Shown: positions 1 to 14,623, counted from the stretch's first letter. The stretch is DNA of 64,000 nt from Camelus ferus (GCF_009834535.1 NC_045698.1:11100001-11164000); one strand, 5' to 3'. The notes: a model not told the origin generated them from the sequence alone. Translations and numbers: made by a program.

Positions 1-1190
1 TCCTCTTGTCCAACCATCCCTTTACTCCTTTTTTTTTCTCTGTTCCCTCATTCTGCTCTTGATTCTGTCCTCTGGGTTTTTAATTTCAGTTATTGTATTT
101 TCATTTCTAAAATTTCCATTCGGTTTTTCTTTAAATTTTCCATTTCTTTGTGGAGACTTTCTATTTCTCTGCCGAGGAGCTGTATCTTTTATTTGTTTTA
201 AGTGTGTTCAGAGTTGCTCAGTGATGGATTTGTAGGATGGCTGCTTTAAATCTTTGACAGAAAATCCCAATATTTCTGTCACCTCAGTGTTGGCATCTAC
301 TGATTGTCTTCTTTATTCAGCTTGATATCTTCCTGATTCTTGGAATGATGAGTGATTTTCTACTGAAATCTGGACATCTAGGGTATTATGTTATGAAACT
401 CTGAATTATTTAAAACGCTGGTTTTAGCTGCTTTCTCTGGCACCTCTGTGGCAGGGGAAATAAGGGGGAGAAGGCCTCATTACTTCCAGGTGGGAATAGA
501 CATCCAGGTTCCCTCCTTAGCCTCTTCTGATACTGAGAGGAGGGCAACCTTGTTAGTGCTGGGCAGTTGTGAGAATTTCCACTCCCAACTAAGTATCTCA
601 GCCTGGCTGGAGGGATGGGAATGCCCATTGCTGTCCCACTTGGCCTCTAATGATACCAAGGGGCAAAGGGTGGTCTGTTACTGCTGAGCAGGGGTGAAAG
701 TTTTGACTCTCCATTCTGTCTCCTCTGACATCATTCCAGCTGGGTGATGGAAGGCCCCTTGTTACTGCAGGTTTTGATAAAATTCAGTCTACTTCTTAGC
801 CTTCTCTGAAATTACCCCTGGGGCATCCCATTAAGGCCTGGCGAGGATGGAAATCTAGGCTCTCCACTCACCTCTTGCTGCTGAGAGATGCCCCGCTACT
901 TCCTACTGGCCAGGCAAAGTGGGATTGAGGGGAGCGCTTTTTGTTGGGATCCTTTGGTGCTTCTAGGTTTCTGACTTCTTTACTTCCAAGTGGGATATAC
1001 AAGGCAAGAATAAACCCAGAGAATTCACCTCTGTGTTGGTCCTCGGATCCTGAGATCCTACCCTGACCCCTATCTTCTCTTTATCTTTCAAATTATTCTT
1101 ATGTTTGTTTTATAGCTTATGTTTGGTTGAACTTAGCAGAAGAAATAGGGGAAAGTATACTTACTCCATATTCCTGGAAGCAGAAACTAT
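1..1190 (-). mobile_element. Ancient L1 (L1MC/L1MD-like) 5' UTR and ORF1 remnant, running off the left edge
   Basis: T-rich antisense ORF1-like text at 1-430. Typical old-L1 5' terminus ('ttactccatattcctggaagcagaa') at ~1160-1190. Clearly homologous to 43272-44100. Confidence 0.7.
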
Positions 1191-2716
1191 AAAAAATCAC
1201 TTTTAATGAGGAAAGGTAAGAGGGTAAATGATATCAAATAATAATTTAATATTGTAACTACAAAGGGATGATGGCTTGCCACTAAGCTAGAAATCATAAA
1301 AGCAGGTCTTAACCAAGCTTGCTCAATAGAATTATATTTTTACTTTGGGATTCCACTGAATTCCCATCTCAAGTTTTCTCACAAATATTTTAAGTGTTTT
1401 ATAGTAGTTGTATCTTTAGTTTATGATGATATTTGAATTTATTCCTTCTAAATTGTGGTACAGGATATGAGAAATATTTAGAACTGTATTTCTTATCACC
1501 AGTTCATACTTTCTCTGGAGGAAAGTGAGCTATTTGCCTTCCCTCCACATTCCTGGCCAGTTCCCAACTTTATCACCCATTTTCATAAGCAGAAGAATTT
1601 AGGGTCACCTTGATTATACATTTTCAATGAAGTCATAGTCTATACTAAGACCCTTTCTTCTACCTTTTAAAATGTTAGTGAAACTTTACATTTTTTGTCA
1701 AAACCTAAAGTAAAAAAAAAAAAGCTTTCATTTCCAAATCCTGAAATCCTGGAATAATTTTATTAGTGAAAAACATTATAAATTACATAGAAAAGTTCAA
1801 GGTCTGAATTTTCTTATTCATAAATTAAAGATACTAAAATTAATTAATTATAAGGTCCCTTCCAATGGTAATCATTCTACAACTGTGGTTGACACAGCAC
1901 ATTAGCGGCTAAAATGGAATTAGAGCTCTCATATCCTGACTTTACGTATCTGATCATGCTATGTCCAGCTGCTTCTCCCAGGAGGCTTATGAGAAAGTTG
2001 GTTTTACCAGCATTTTGCCTGTGAAGAAACAAGTTCATTGACCTGTGTCACCTACCAAGTAACTAATTCATTAAAATTTCTAAGGCAAAATAATTAGTAG
2101 CTGGCAGAATGGGGACCCACTCACTTTAAGCATTCAAACTCCAAATGCAGTGCTGGTTTATTTTACTGCATCAAAGTTCCTTTTGTGGGACTGATTTCAA
2201 GCTGTTTCCTCTCAAAGGATAACACCAGCAAAGTCCTAGGGAAAGTGACCAAACTCTTCTAACGTTGCTCTGACTACGCCACGTGCTTTCTTAGTATCTT
2301 ACAGTGACTTACCTTTGCATTTGAGGTAAAGTCAGAGATCCGCATAGCTTTCGTGAAAGCTCTTTATGAGGAGGATTCTGCTCCTGCTTCTTCTCATGAG
2401 AGTAATGGCTCTTCCTTGAACAACCAAAAAATTGGACAAAATACATTAGACAATGGTTTTCTGACACTGGACAACAGGCAGAGCAGCACTGTTATTCTTG
2501 AGGAGATGAAAACAAATGAAGCGGTCCCTGCGATGGTTTCTGCTTACCACCCGGATCCAATTTTAGGCTATAGCAAAGGTAAGAGGAACCCAAACAGAGC
2601 CAACCAGTCTTTCTGATTTGGGAGACAGTGTTTGTCCCTCTCATGGGGGCAGAGTTGACTAGAATCTTCAGGAAAGAATGCCAGAGAAGATGAAACTCCA
2701 TAAAGAAAGGTCTGGG

Positions 2717-2889
2717 GTGGGGGGGGGGTATAGCTTAGTGGTAGAGTGCACGCTTGGCATGCTGGAGGTCCTAGGTTTAATCTCCAGTACCTCCATTTAT
2801 ATAAAATAAAATAAAATAAAATAAAATAAAATAAAATAAAATAAAATAAATAAAACCTAATTACCTCCCCCCAAAAAATTAAAGAAAAA
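2717..2889 (+). mobile_element. Camelid tRNA-derived SINE (Vic-1-like) with expanded (TAAAA)n
   Basis: A-box 'tagcttagtggtag', B-box-like 'ggtttaatctcc', tail 'aaacctaattacctcccccc'. TSD AAAGAAAGGTCTGGG (2702-2716) / AAAGAAAAGTCTGGG (2890-2904). Confidence 0.85.
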
Positions 2890-5800
2890 AAAGAAAAGTC
2901 TGGGTATTTGTCAAGGTGATACCATAAGTATTTCACTGAGTATTGCTTTCCATATGCAGGGTAAGAAAATAGCCAGAGGGGAAAAAAGAAAACACTGTAA
3001 ACCTATAGGTAGAATAATTGCCAGAGTTCACACATTGCTGAGAATAGATCATGTGACCATCAGCTAGAGTAGAAAGGTGTGTAATAAATAATTCATCAGG
3101 TAAAGTCCACAAAAGGGTGTCACCTGAGCAGTGGGATTAAATCAGCCTTCAACTACTATGCTTTGGCATGCAGTAACAAGGCACAGATGCAGGCCTCAGA
3201 GGACCTTGCTCAGTTCACATAATATTGAGCGAGAACTAGATAAAGTCAAAATTACATGAAGAAAAACAAAAAAATCTAGCAAACAAAAGCAAATTGTAAA
3301 CCTCATGATATCCAGCATCCAAATATTAATATATATATTAAGCATATGAGAAAACAGGACACTATAACATGTGACCATAAGGGAAAAATTCTCAATAGAA
3401 ACAGACCCAGAAATGACAGAGTTGATGGGACTAGCCAACAAGAATGGTAAGACAATTATATAAATATGCTCCATATGTTCAAGAAGATAGAGAAAAAACG
3501 TGATTATGATGAAGACAGAAATGAACGATTAAAACAGATCGAAAGGGAACTTACAAAGCTGAAAAATACAACATCTAAAATGGATATTACATGGGATAGA
3601 ATTTGATAAAGTGGACATTAAATTTTTTAAAATTTGTTGTTTTGAAGACATAGTAATAGAAGCACCCAAAATGAAGTACAGAGAGAAAAAAAAAATTTCA
3701 GTGAAGCAGTGACCTGAGTGACAATATAAAACAGTGTAATAAACATATGGTTGGAGCTCCCAAAGGAGAAGAGGAGAAACAAACAAAAAAAAGAGGAAAT
3801 AATGGCCAAAGTTTTACAAATTTGATGAAACCAATAAACCTACAGATTCAAGAAGCTCAACAAACTCTTATACAGGAAACATAAAGAAAATTACCCCAAA
3901 TGGTATCATAATCAAATTCCTAGAAATCAGTGAATACAAGATTATTTCAAAAGCAGCCAGAGAGAAAAAGACCAGTCAAATATAGAGGAACAAAGATAAG
4001 AAAGACAGCATATTTCTTAGCAGAAAAAATGCAAACCAGAAAACAAGGGAGCAAGACCCTAAAAGAATTAGATCAGAGACTGTCAGCTAAAATTCTATAC
4101 TTGGCATAAAGATCTTTCAGAAATGAAGGCAAAAAAAAAAAACTAAAATAAGCCAAAATTAGAAAAGTAATTGCCAGCAAACCTATACTATGAGAACTCT
4201 TAAGGGAAGTTTTTCAGATAGGAGAAAAATTACAGAAGATAGAAAGCCAAATCTGAAAGCAGGGATGAAGAGACTTAGAGATTGTAAGTGAGTAAATACA
4301 AAAAACATGTTTTTCATTTTAGTCTCTTTAGAAGAAAATTATTTAAAACAAAAATAAAAACAATGAATTGCATGTTTATGTATGCAGAAAGAAAATGCAT
4401 GACAAAAATAGCTTAAAAAGTCAAGAAGTGGAAGAAGTCTGTTGCAAGATGCATTCAATATGAAAAGAGTGATGTAACAGTATTGGAAGGCAGAATGGGG
4501 TATGTTATAAATGTGTGTTGTAAATAAGCCTGAGGGCACACAAAAAATAAAAACAATAAATTACACATCAAAAGCTAGTTGTGGAGATCAAATGCAATCA
4601 TTAAAATATATAATTAATTCAGATAAAACAGAAAATGAAAGAAAAGAACAGGAGATGGGACAAATAGAAAACGAATATTGAAACAATAGATTTAATTACA
4701 GTCCTGTCAATCATCTCATCAATTGTTCATTATCTAAACACTGTAAGTACAAGGGAAAGTTTTTAGGTTAGATTTTTTAAAATATTATCCTTATATCTAA
4801 AGACATAGATGGCCCAAAATGAAAAGGGGAAAAAAAAAAAGATGTATCATGAAAACCCTAATCAAAAAAATTCTGGAGATGTTTTAGTAATGTCAGACCA
4901 AATAAATTTAAGAACAAGGAATACAATCAGGGATTAAGGGAGATATTTCATAATTAAGAAAGGATCAATATATCAAGAGGGCATAATAAACTTAAATGTA
5001 AATGGACTTTATACCAAAGATTTCAAATGCATGAAACAAAAACTAATAGAACTAAAAGGAAAAAATATAAAAAAATCCAGTTATAGTTGAAAGCTCCAAC
5101 AATACTTTCAGTTTTAATAGACAGTAGGCAGAAAATAAACATGTATGTATGTGACTTTAACTTGACCTGAGATTTATAAAACACACCACCAAAAAAAAGT
5201 ACACACAAAACATTCACCGAGGTAGACCATATTCTGAGTCATAAAACAAATTTCATCAAATTTAGAAGGATTATAATCATACTAAGTATGTTCTCTGGCC
5301 ACAGTAAAATTAAACAAGAAATCAATAGCAAATGGATATCTGGAAAATGTCAAAATATTTGGAAACTGAAACACACACTTCTAAATAACTCATGGGTCAA
5401 AAAAAACAATGAAATGAGTGAGTAGAAAACATTTCGAACTGAGGGAAAATGAAAATATAACTCATCAAAATTTATAAGTACTTTGAGAGAAATATATAGG
5501 ATTAAAAACAAAGAAGTTACAAAGCCATTGTTCTTAGATCCCTATTTAAAGGAATGAGAAAAAGAAGAGTAATTAAGCTCAAACTAAGGAGAGGGAAAAA
5601 ATAGAGTTACGGGCAGAAATCAATGAAATAGAAAGCAGAATATAATAGAGAAAGTCAATGGAATCAAGCTGGTCCTATGACAAACATCAATGAAATTCAT
5701 AAAATTCCAGCCAGATTGATCAAAAAACAGGGGAAAAGAGCCAAATTACCAATATCAAGAATAAAAGAAGCACATCACCACAGATCCTACAAACACTGCA

Positions 5801-6200
5801 AGACTAATAAGGGAATATTACCAACAACTCTGTAAACCAATAAATACGACAATTTTAACAAAATGGACACATTCTTTAAAAGACGCAAATTACTAAATAA
5901 AGCTCACTCAAGGAGAAATAGTCTGAATAGCTTCAGCATAGTAAAAATCTTCTCACAAAGAAAGGAGCAGATGGCTTCACTAGTGAATTCTAGTAAATAT
6001 TTAAGGAATAAACAAGGGTGATTCTTCATAAATTCTTCCAGAAAATAAAAGAGGAGGCTACACTTTTAAACTCCTTTTATGAAGCAAGATTTATGCTAAC
6101 ACCAAGACCAGACAAGGAGTTATAAGAAAACAGCAACAAGTGTCCATATGAGCACAAGTCCAAAAATCCTTAACAAAACATTAAAAATTTAATCATGCCA

Positions 6201-6209
6201 TATATATAT

Positions 6210-6240
<31 letters not shown>

Positions 6241-6241
6241 C
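6201..6241. repeat. Compound (TA)n(CA)n(TA)n microsatellite inside L1
   Basis: Directly visible. Confidence 0.9.
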
Positions 6242-8510
6242 ATGTCACGACAAAGTGTACTTTACCTTCAAGATGCAAGATTGGTTTAACATTGAATAAA
6301 ATCTCTCAATAGCTGCAGAAAAATTATTTGGAAAAAGAATCAACACCCATGCATGATAAAAAATTTCAATAACCCAAGAATAGAATTGATGTTCATGATC
6401 AAGAACAGCTCAATAACTAACATCATGTAAGTTGTGAAAGATGCATGTTTTCCTCTTAAAACTGGAACAAGGCAATTGTTCACCCCTCCTAGTCAACCTC
6501 ATAGTGGAGGTTCTGTTCAGTGAAATGAGGCAAAAAAAAAAAAGAAATAAAAGACATACAAATTGGAAAACTGAAATAAAACTGTCCTTATTCGCAGACA
6601 ACATGACCATCTATGTAGAAAATCCTATGGAATCTAAAATATCTACTAATAAATAAATTTAGGAAACTCATAGAATCCAAAGTCAATATACTAAAATTAA
6701 CTGCACTTTTATACAGTAGGAAACAGACAAGTAAATATTGAAAAAAATTTTAATGTTATTCTCAAAAAAATTAAAATATGAAATATTCAAGGATAAGTTT
6801 AAAAAAACTTTTTCAAGACTGTGTGCTGAAAACAATAAGACATTTCTGAGAAAATTTAAATAAGACCAAAATAAATGGAGAGATGTATAATGTTGCTGGT
6901 TTAGAAGATTCCATGTCATTAAGATTTCAATTTTCCCCAAACTGAACTACATTTTCAATATAATCCCAGATAAAATCCCCACAGACATTTTTGTCAACAA
7001 TTAAAATGCTATTTTGTAGATAGTGAAACTCTTATCTTTATGGAAATTCAAAGAATCTATAATTGCCAAAATAATTTTGATGAAGAAAAACAAATTTGGA
7101 GGGTTTACACACCTAAATTTAAGTCTTATAAACTACAGTAATGAAGCAGTGTAGTATTGGTGTAAGACAGACTCCTATCTCAATGGAACAGAATAGAGAC
7201 CCTGGAAACAGATCCATAAATGTTTAATTGATTTTTGACTAAAGTGCCAAGATAATCCAACAAGTAAAGGATAATCTTTTCAACAATGATACTTGAAACA
7301 TTAGCTATCCATCTATATCTATATCTACATATATGTATTTTAAATCTCAAACCTTAGCATGTACCATACATTTGATTTTAAATGAATCAGACCTAAATGT
7401 AGGAGCCAAAACTATTAAGATTCCATAACAAAACCTATGATAAAATTTAGAGACTCAAGTTGGGTAAAGATTTTTAAGTAGGACAAAAACAGCACAAACT
7501 ACAAAAGAAAAACTTTAGTTGGACTTTGTTAAAATTAAAAACATTTTTTCTCCAAAAACACTGTAAAGAAAATGAATTCAAGTCATAAATTGGGATAAAA
7601 TATTTGCCAAACATGTATCTGGACTTATAATCCAAGTACATAAAGAAGTCATAACCCAATTAGAAGGGAAAAAAGATTTGAATATGTTTGAAAAGAATAT
7701 AAGCAAATAGGAAGTAGTAAATTAGCACATAAAGAGATTCACAATATCGTTTGCATTAGAAGAATGTCCATCAAAACCACAATGAGATACCACTACAGAC
7801 CCACTAGATTAAAATCAAAAGGAATAATAGCTAAAAGGAGAGAACAGCTAAAATTAAAAGGAATTAGTGTCAGTGAGGTTGTGGAACAGGTGGAAATCTT
7901 ACACATTGATGGTGGGCTACTTCGGAAGACAGCTCGGCAGTTTCTGAGAGTTAAACACATTCCAACCACACGACCCAGCACTTCCATGCCTAGGTTATGC
8001 ATCCTGGGAAGTGCATCTCTGCAAAGACTTATACTAGAATATTTATAGCAGCTTTATTTGTAATAGCTCCAAACCAGAAAGATCCGAAATCTCCAGCAGC
8101 TGATGCATGGGGAAGAAAATGTAGTTTAGCTTTATAAAAGTATACAACTCAGCAATAAAACAAACCATTGACCCCCCCCAATAAAACTTCATCCACATAT
8201 ACAGACCGCAAAAGCATTATGCTAAGTGAAAGATACACGACATGAAAGGCTACGTGCTGTATCGCATGAAACTCTAAAAAAAGGCAACACCATAGGGACA
8301 GAGAGCAGATCAGTGGTTGACAGAGTTCAGGTGACCAGGGAGGAAAGGGACAGGGAAGGACATGAAGGGACCTGATGGGGTGAGGGAAATGTTCTATATC
8401 ATCTCCACAATAGTGGTTAATAGCGGTTCATATTGATCAAAATTCTTCAAGTGATATTCCTAAAATTGGTGAATATTTTATATGTAAATTATATTTCAGT
8501 AAAACTGATT

Positions 8511-8690
8511 CTTGGTAGAATAAAAGGATGGAAAAAGATATCCTATGCAAACACTAATCCAAAGAAAGTTGGAGCAACTGTATTAATATCAGATTTCCAA
8601 ACAAGGAATATGATTAGCAATAAAGAGGCACATTTCATAGTATTAAAGGGATTAATTTATCAAGAGAACATACTAAAGTTTACTTGACTG
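8511..8690 (+). mobile_element. Separate L1 ORF2 endonuclease-domain fragment
   Basis: Translates as KGWKKISYANTNPKKVGATVLISD...HFIVLKGLIYQENI, recognisably the L1 EN N-terminal region. It abuts the 3' end of the preceding L1. Confidence 0.8.
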
Positions 8691-10682
8691 CCTGCCTAGT
8701 TATTTTTAAGGCTCTGAAAATGATCTTCCTGGCATAAGTTTACTTCCCTTTAAAATGAGAGGTTCTAAAGTGACTTTTTGTTGTTGATTTAGTGTGGCTT
8801 GGAGTGGAGGAGTTTTCTTTCTTCAAATAGTGTGCCTGTATGTTTTCGTCCAACTTCTCAAGCTCTGCTGTAATTACATTGGCGAGCTTTGTTCATCTGG
8901 TAGATACGTTATTAATTGTCTTTCATTCAGAACTCTGAAGCTTACTGGCTTCACTGACAGATTTCCCATGTTACTCAGTAAAAAAGTAACTCAATCTGTT
9001 AGAAAACTTCTTTCGCTTTGCCACATATTGTAATATTTAGAAAGATTAACAAACTTGAATCACTCCAGTTGACTCAAATGATGGCCCACAATGAGTTTTC
9101 AGAAATGATGGTTAAATCTGAGAGCTTCCACTTTAATTTTTTTCAGTGTGATGATCAGAGAACCCCCAGCAACTCTGCCAGCTTTCCCAACAAGCCCATG
9201 CTGCCACGCTCCAAAACAAATTCTCATGTTTTTAACACCATCGAGGTATCACTTACCCACTACCTTCCGATACAGCCCAAGTTCCTTCTCCCACGTTCCC
9301 CCACTCTGGTCTGTTTTCCTCCTTGCTGTCCTGTCCACGTTCTTTCCAAGCTTCAAACACAAATTCTCCTCTGGGCATCTCTACCTGCCTCATCTAGCCC
9401 AGGTCATGGTAACATGGCGTAGTGGATTTGTAACTAACCTTCGCAGCATGAGGTTTATAAAACACAGTTTCTTAAAAAAGCAGAGACTGACTCTCTTGAA
9501 ATGAGTGTAACTCAGATGTCCACTGAGGCCACACAATCTCTTGAAGTGGAGGAAATGTGATCTGGCTTTAACCCACACATGATGGGAAGTCCAAAGCCTG
9601 CCTACATTTCTTACTTCCCCGGGGGCTCATGTTCTCCTGGCCACTTTTGGCTCCTACCAAACTCCCGTTCTCACCTCCCAGAATTTCTCTCATGTCTCTG
9701 CTCCACACTGACTGAAGTGCAGAACGTTACTCACTTTCTGTGAACCCCCTCACCTCAATAAAAACACTCACACCTAGCACTGAAGTATGTAGCAGACCCT
9801 GCACATGGAGAGGTTTTGCATTACCATCTTACTTCAAATTTCCCTCACAATTTCCTTAGATCCCAACGTCTAAGGGACTCCAGGAAAGTATTCTCCCTTC
9901 AGTTTACTAAGCAAAGTAATGCAGCTCAAAGCCCCCTATTCAGCTAAGGGCTGACCTGCATATCTAGAGTGGAGATATTCAATGCAAACTTCACAGAGCT
10001 GCAAATCTCCCTAAGGCAGAATTCTATGATAGGTGCTACTTCCTTGACTTTCCCAACTTCGGGCAGAAGAATAAAGATTCTTGTAGATGAGTGAAGTTAA
10101 CCAGATCCAGCTATCCTTAGCTAATAATACCCAAAGAAGGCTTTAGACATGAGGATGTTATGAAGTTGACAAGATTTCAGACTGGCATCTCGCTGACCTT
10201 TGTGAATGGGGCTCAGAGCTGATGAATTGAATATATGAAACAAAAAATACTGGCACATCTTGACCTTCAAAGATTGTGTAGCTACTTAGGTTCCTTACAT
10301 TATGAATAACGGGACCCTCCTTCAGAATGAGAACTAGTTACATAATGGGTGACGTGAAAGCCTGTAGTGACATTCTTGCCAGCAACCTGAGTTTCCCCAA
10401 ATGAAAGATAAAACGTTAATAGTTCTGGTCTGGATTCCATTTTCTTCTGGGTGATTCAAGTTCTTTTTGTGTTTCAAATCATGTCTCTTATGGAAAGGTC
10501 CTTTTCTTAATTTGGGTTCTTACTTATGACTAAGCCAAGATATTTCCTAGTCTTTTATTTTTAATCTCAGACAGTTGAGCTGCAGCTATCTGTTCCTCTA
10601 CTTGAGTTTTTTATGTTTTCAGTCTCTGTTAGATTCACCCACTTCATGAGACCACTTCCCTGAGCCCTTGTGATGACCGTCT

Positions 10683-10718
10683 GTGTGTGCATGTGTGTGT
10701 GTGTGTGTGTGTGTGTGT
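10683..10718. repeat. (TG)n microsatellite
   Basis: Directly visible. Confidence 0.9.
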
Positions 10719-10852
10719 ACGCATATGTTGGGTTGGTGCAATGGATGGTGCATTGTCAGAAAGAACCTCTTTCTACTGTGAGTCCAGACTGAAACTGATG
10801 TACCAACTGTGTATCTCCATAACATTTTGTGTGTTATATTGGTTTAAAAAAA

Positions 10853-10977
10853 CTTTTTTAATTTTTTGGGGGGAAGTTTATCTATTGATTTTTTTTTAGA
10901 GGAGATACTGGGGATTGAACCCAGGACCTCCTGCATGCTAAGCATGCACTGTACCACTTGAGCTATAAACCTCCCCC
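10853..10977 (-). mobile_element. Camelid tRNA-derived SINE (Vic-1-like)
   Basis: Reverse complement of the 2717 element ('gggattgaacccaggacctcctgcatgctaagcatgcactgtaccacttgagctata'). Flanking direct repeat ttatattg(g/t)tt(t)taaaaa. Confidence 0.85.
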
Positions 10978-11947
10978 TATTATATTGTTTTTAAAAATAG
11001 CACTAGAAGGTACTATCTATTCAGCCACTTCACCCTAACCCTAGATGATCAGGTGTTGGAATATGAAGCACAACCCTGGCTGCCACTTGGCATCCCTGGT
11101 TTGTATGTGAGCTAAAGGGGCTATGAGACTGGAGCATAACATTCATTATTTATGTGATGATCTTATCATTATTTCTTATTATCAGTATTAATAGTAGTAT
11201 CTGTATTAATGCTGATCTTGAGAAATCTGCTTTCTATTTATCTTAAAGTAATAAATGTTTAATACAACAAATGCTTTATGTTATTGAAAAAGGCTGCATT
11301 TACATAGTGCCAAACATATTTTTTCCAAATTGCGTAGTTAAGATAAATAATTTATTGCAACTGGTATGACATAGGTTTTGTTTCAGTCTCACATCCTCAA
11401 AATTGTTATTTTATTGAAAATAAATAGATCAACAAGTTGTTTTATTGGTGTATATTTTCTGCCTGAGATAATTTTATCTTGAGTCATGATGGCAGTAGGA
11501 TCCTAACTCAAGAGCTTCATGTGTCTCCACATTGAGGGTTCAGACACACACAGGCTTTCTAGTATGTTTTGTGGGGCTGACAAGAAAAGGCCTTCTCTGT
11601 ACAAGAAAGAGCTTCTGGGAGAAAGAATATCCTTTGGGAAAGATAAAGTAAAAGAGTATGAAATTTGTTCCTAACAATGGATTAGTGACAGGAGGGAGAG
11701 GGCAATCTGACTGCACTGCTCAGACTTCTCTGTGAACGGTGGAAGGTTCACTGTTCTTGGGTCCACATGATGACAACTGGACAGGATGCTAAGGGAATGC
11801 AGCCTTCAGTTCAGAGTGTGCAGTGCTGGGAGGCCAGTGCACGAGAAGTAGAGCCACAATGGCCCAAGTCCAGAGCCCGCTTAGCAATGTGGGAGGAGAA
11901 GTTCCTTCCCAGGGCCTCCGTGTGCATCCGTACAGATTATGTGCCTT

Positions 11948-12436
11948 ATGGTAGGCTGAATAACGCCCTCCCCAAAGATGTCCACATCCAAACTCCCTGA
12001 ACCTATGAATATGTCACCTTACATGGTAAGAGGAACTTTGTAGAAGTATTTAAACTAAAGATCTTGAGATGGTGTGATGATCCTGGATTAAATGTAATCA
12101 CAAAGCTCCTTTTAAGAGGGAAGAAGGAATGTCAGAGTCAGAAGGGGAAGATGCAAGGGAGGAAGTAGAGGTCAGAGAGAAGATGCTACGATGCTGGCTT
12201 TGAAGATGAAAGAAGCAGCCCCGAGTCAAGGAATGCAGGCAGCTCCTAGAAACTAGAAAAATGAGGAAGCAGATTTCCCCCTAGAGCCTTCAGAAGAAGC
12301 ATGGACTCCTTGACTCTTTGATTTCTGGCCCATGAAAATGATTTTGGACTTCTGACCCACGGAAGTATAAGATAATAAATCAGTACTGTTTTAATTCCCT
12401 AAATGTGTGGTACTCTGTTATACAGCAATACATACA
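11948..12436 (+). mobile_element. MaLR solo LTR (MLT1C/D-like)
   Basis: Start 'tatggtaggctgaataacgccctccccaaagatgtccacatcc', internal 'gctggctttgaagatg...caaggaatgcaggcagc', AATAAA near 12375, end 'cagcaatacataca'. Confidence 0.85.
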
Positions 12437-14623
12437 CATCCACATGTCATGCTCCAGGGGCTGCCATCCGTATGGACACTGATCTGAGTGGTGCTTCCTG
12501 GAACTGGGCAGTGTGGCTTTCCCTCTAGCCACAAGGTGGGGGAAAGGTCAGGGAAACTGTGCTGTGCTGAGTGACTCGAGGACTCAAGTTGTATGCTCCT
12601 GGAAGCCTCATCCTCCTTCCATTACTTACTCTCCACCCTCACCTCCACCCTCTGGAGGCCCTCATCTGCATCTGGGCAATCAGGAAGCAGGTGTTGGGTC
12701 CTTCCCAGGTACCACCGCACCATCTTCCCAACCTACACACACATGGACCCAGATGGAGGTGAGGCTATTATCTGATTGAAAAGCTAGGAAAGCCACCAGC
12801 AAGAGTGTCAGATGGGAAGACACAAACTAAGGACCATACCTACTGAACTCATTTCCTTGGAGGAGGAGAAATGTCTCATGGTGTGTCTGCAGGGAGAGTT
12901 TCAGGGGAACCCTCTCTTCCTCCCAAAGTCCTCCATCCCTTTGGTCCTTCTTGTCCTTCTACATTTCCACTTCAGACCCATTACGTCTCTGATGATCCAA
13001 CCCACTTCCTCAAAAACCCCCATTAGACCTACCTGCAAAGGAGCCCTGGCCCGTGGTCCTAGCATGGGATTTGCAGACTCTCACTCGTCAGGTGATAGGT
13101 AGATGCTTCCCTTGGCCTGGCTCATTATTTCTCCAAGACAATCCAGCAGGGCTGTGGTCCCCAACACAGAAGGGATGGCAGATGCTCTGAAGCCACTTTG
13201 GTGTCACTGACAACACAGAATGAGGTCCCTTGGCCCCCAAGCAAACATACCTTGGCCCACATTCATTTTTTTTTTCTCTTAAGAAGCACTCAGTCCAAAA
13301 GCATGTGGGGCAAGGTCTTTTCACAGCCAACACGAGGACCCCACTCCCCAGGTAGGCATCACAAAAGTGTGCTGGGCCAAAGAGTCAGTACCTCATGGCC
13401 ATGACTGCTTTCATTATCAAGGTCCCTGATTAGCAGAGAATAATCCAGACACAGCCTTGCAGGTTTTGTGGCACCATCTCCATAGATTGCTTCCAACTCC
13501 CCAACTTCTCTCTTGTTAGAAGTGGGGGGGGGTTGTCTCAGTAATTGACCCTGAGAAGAAGCAGCAGAGCACAGGGAATATGAATTGGTAGGCTTAACAT
13601 GGAACTAGAGGAGTTAGACTACATACTCAGATGCAACATCCCCCCGATAATCACTTTCCGAACTGGCTGGGAAGAATTTAAGGGAGGCTCAATTTCTTGC
13701 AATCCTGTGGGCAAGTCCTGAGTCAGAGAAATACTTCTTGTTGTTGTTATTTCAAAACTGCTTTTCCTCCAGGCTGTTATATTCTCAAGAAACATATGGC
13801 AAATATGTTATCTTTCACAAAGAACTGGTAAATCTAATTGTTTGCAATTTGTTTCTTTTTTTTTATTTTCCCCCATTTTTATTCATTGTAAGAACATAAT
13901 GTAATAACAATAAAAGAAGTTAAAACTGAGGGAAATTACCCAGAAATCTGCCTAGGAAAGCAATTCTTTTATTTTCCAAGTTTCCTCCCAGGAATTATCT
14001 ATATGCTGGCAAGACAGTTCTTTGCTACTTCCCAGAAAGATTTAGAGAAAGACAGAGCTCTGCTTCTAAAAAGTTATGAGACATTGGCCATGTCACTTAA
14101 AATTTTGGGTATCAGTTTTCTCCTATTTAAAGTGAAAAAATTGGACTAGTTGATTTTTAACAGATCTTTCTAGTTTTAAAGTTATTTGTACTTCTATCCT
14201 TGCAACAGAATGAGTCTTACTTTGAAGCATCATGTTTGGAGAACTGGACATTTTTAAAGGCTGAGAGAATCGTACTGGCAAGTGAAGATGGCAATTAGCA
14301 CCACCACAAACAATAGACAGGACCAGAAACTGAAACTTGATAGTAACCTTCTGATAAACATACTTTAAAATAACTGCTTATTTTGTTCTAATTCTAGAAT
14401 TTCCCAAACTTGTTTGCAAGGCCTAACGTTTTTCTAACTGCAGCTTAGCCTTTTGTCATGAGCTAAAGGTAAGTATGCCTTCAACAACAGGCCAGTGCAA
14501 GGACAACAGCTACTTTGTTCATTGGCCACAGAAATACTGTATTAAAGTCATTAAAAATCAAAGAATGACGTTCTTCTTTGTACAATTTTGTGGTTGATTT
14601 GCTATGCAATTTGGAATGGCACT

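Larger units (their letters stand above)
2320..8510 (+). mobile_element. Ancient near full-length degenerate L1 (L1MD/L1ME-like): 5' region, ORF1, ORF2 and 3' UTR remnants
   Basis: A-rich sense strand. ORF1-like text at ~3300-4300; ORF2 EN/RT/C-terminal-like text at ~4650-7900 (e.g. 'ttcgcagacaacatgacc' = FADNM, from the FADDM RT motif, ~6591). Old-L1 3' end 'gttctatatc...tatgtaaattatatttcagtaaa' at ~8390-8505. No intact ORF. Confidence 0.85.

Noticed and set aside
2717..2795. Functional tRNA gene (also at 10.9 and 63.8 kb)
   Set aside because: Has TSDs, A-rich tails and degenerate stems, so these are SINE copies.
14430..14474. Possible 25-nt micro-exon (CTGCAG acceptor, perfect AAG|GTAAGT donor)
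   Set aside because: No promoter or gene context upstream in the window; isolated consensus sites occur by chance.
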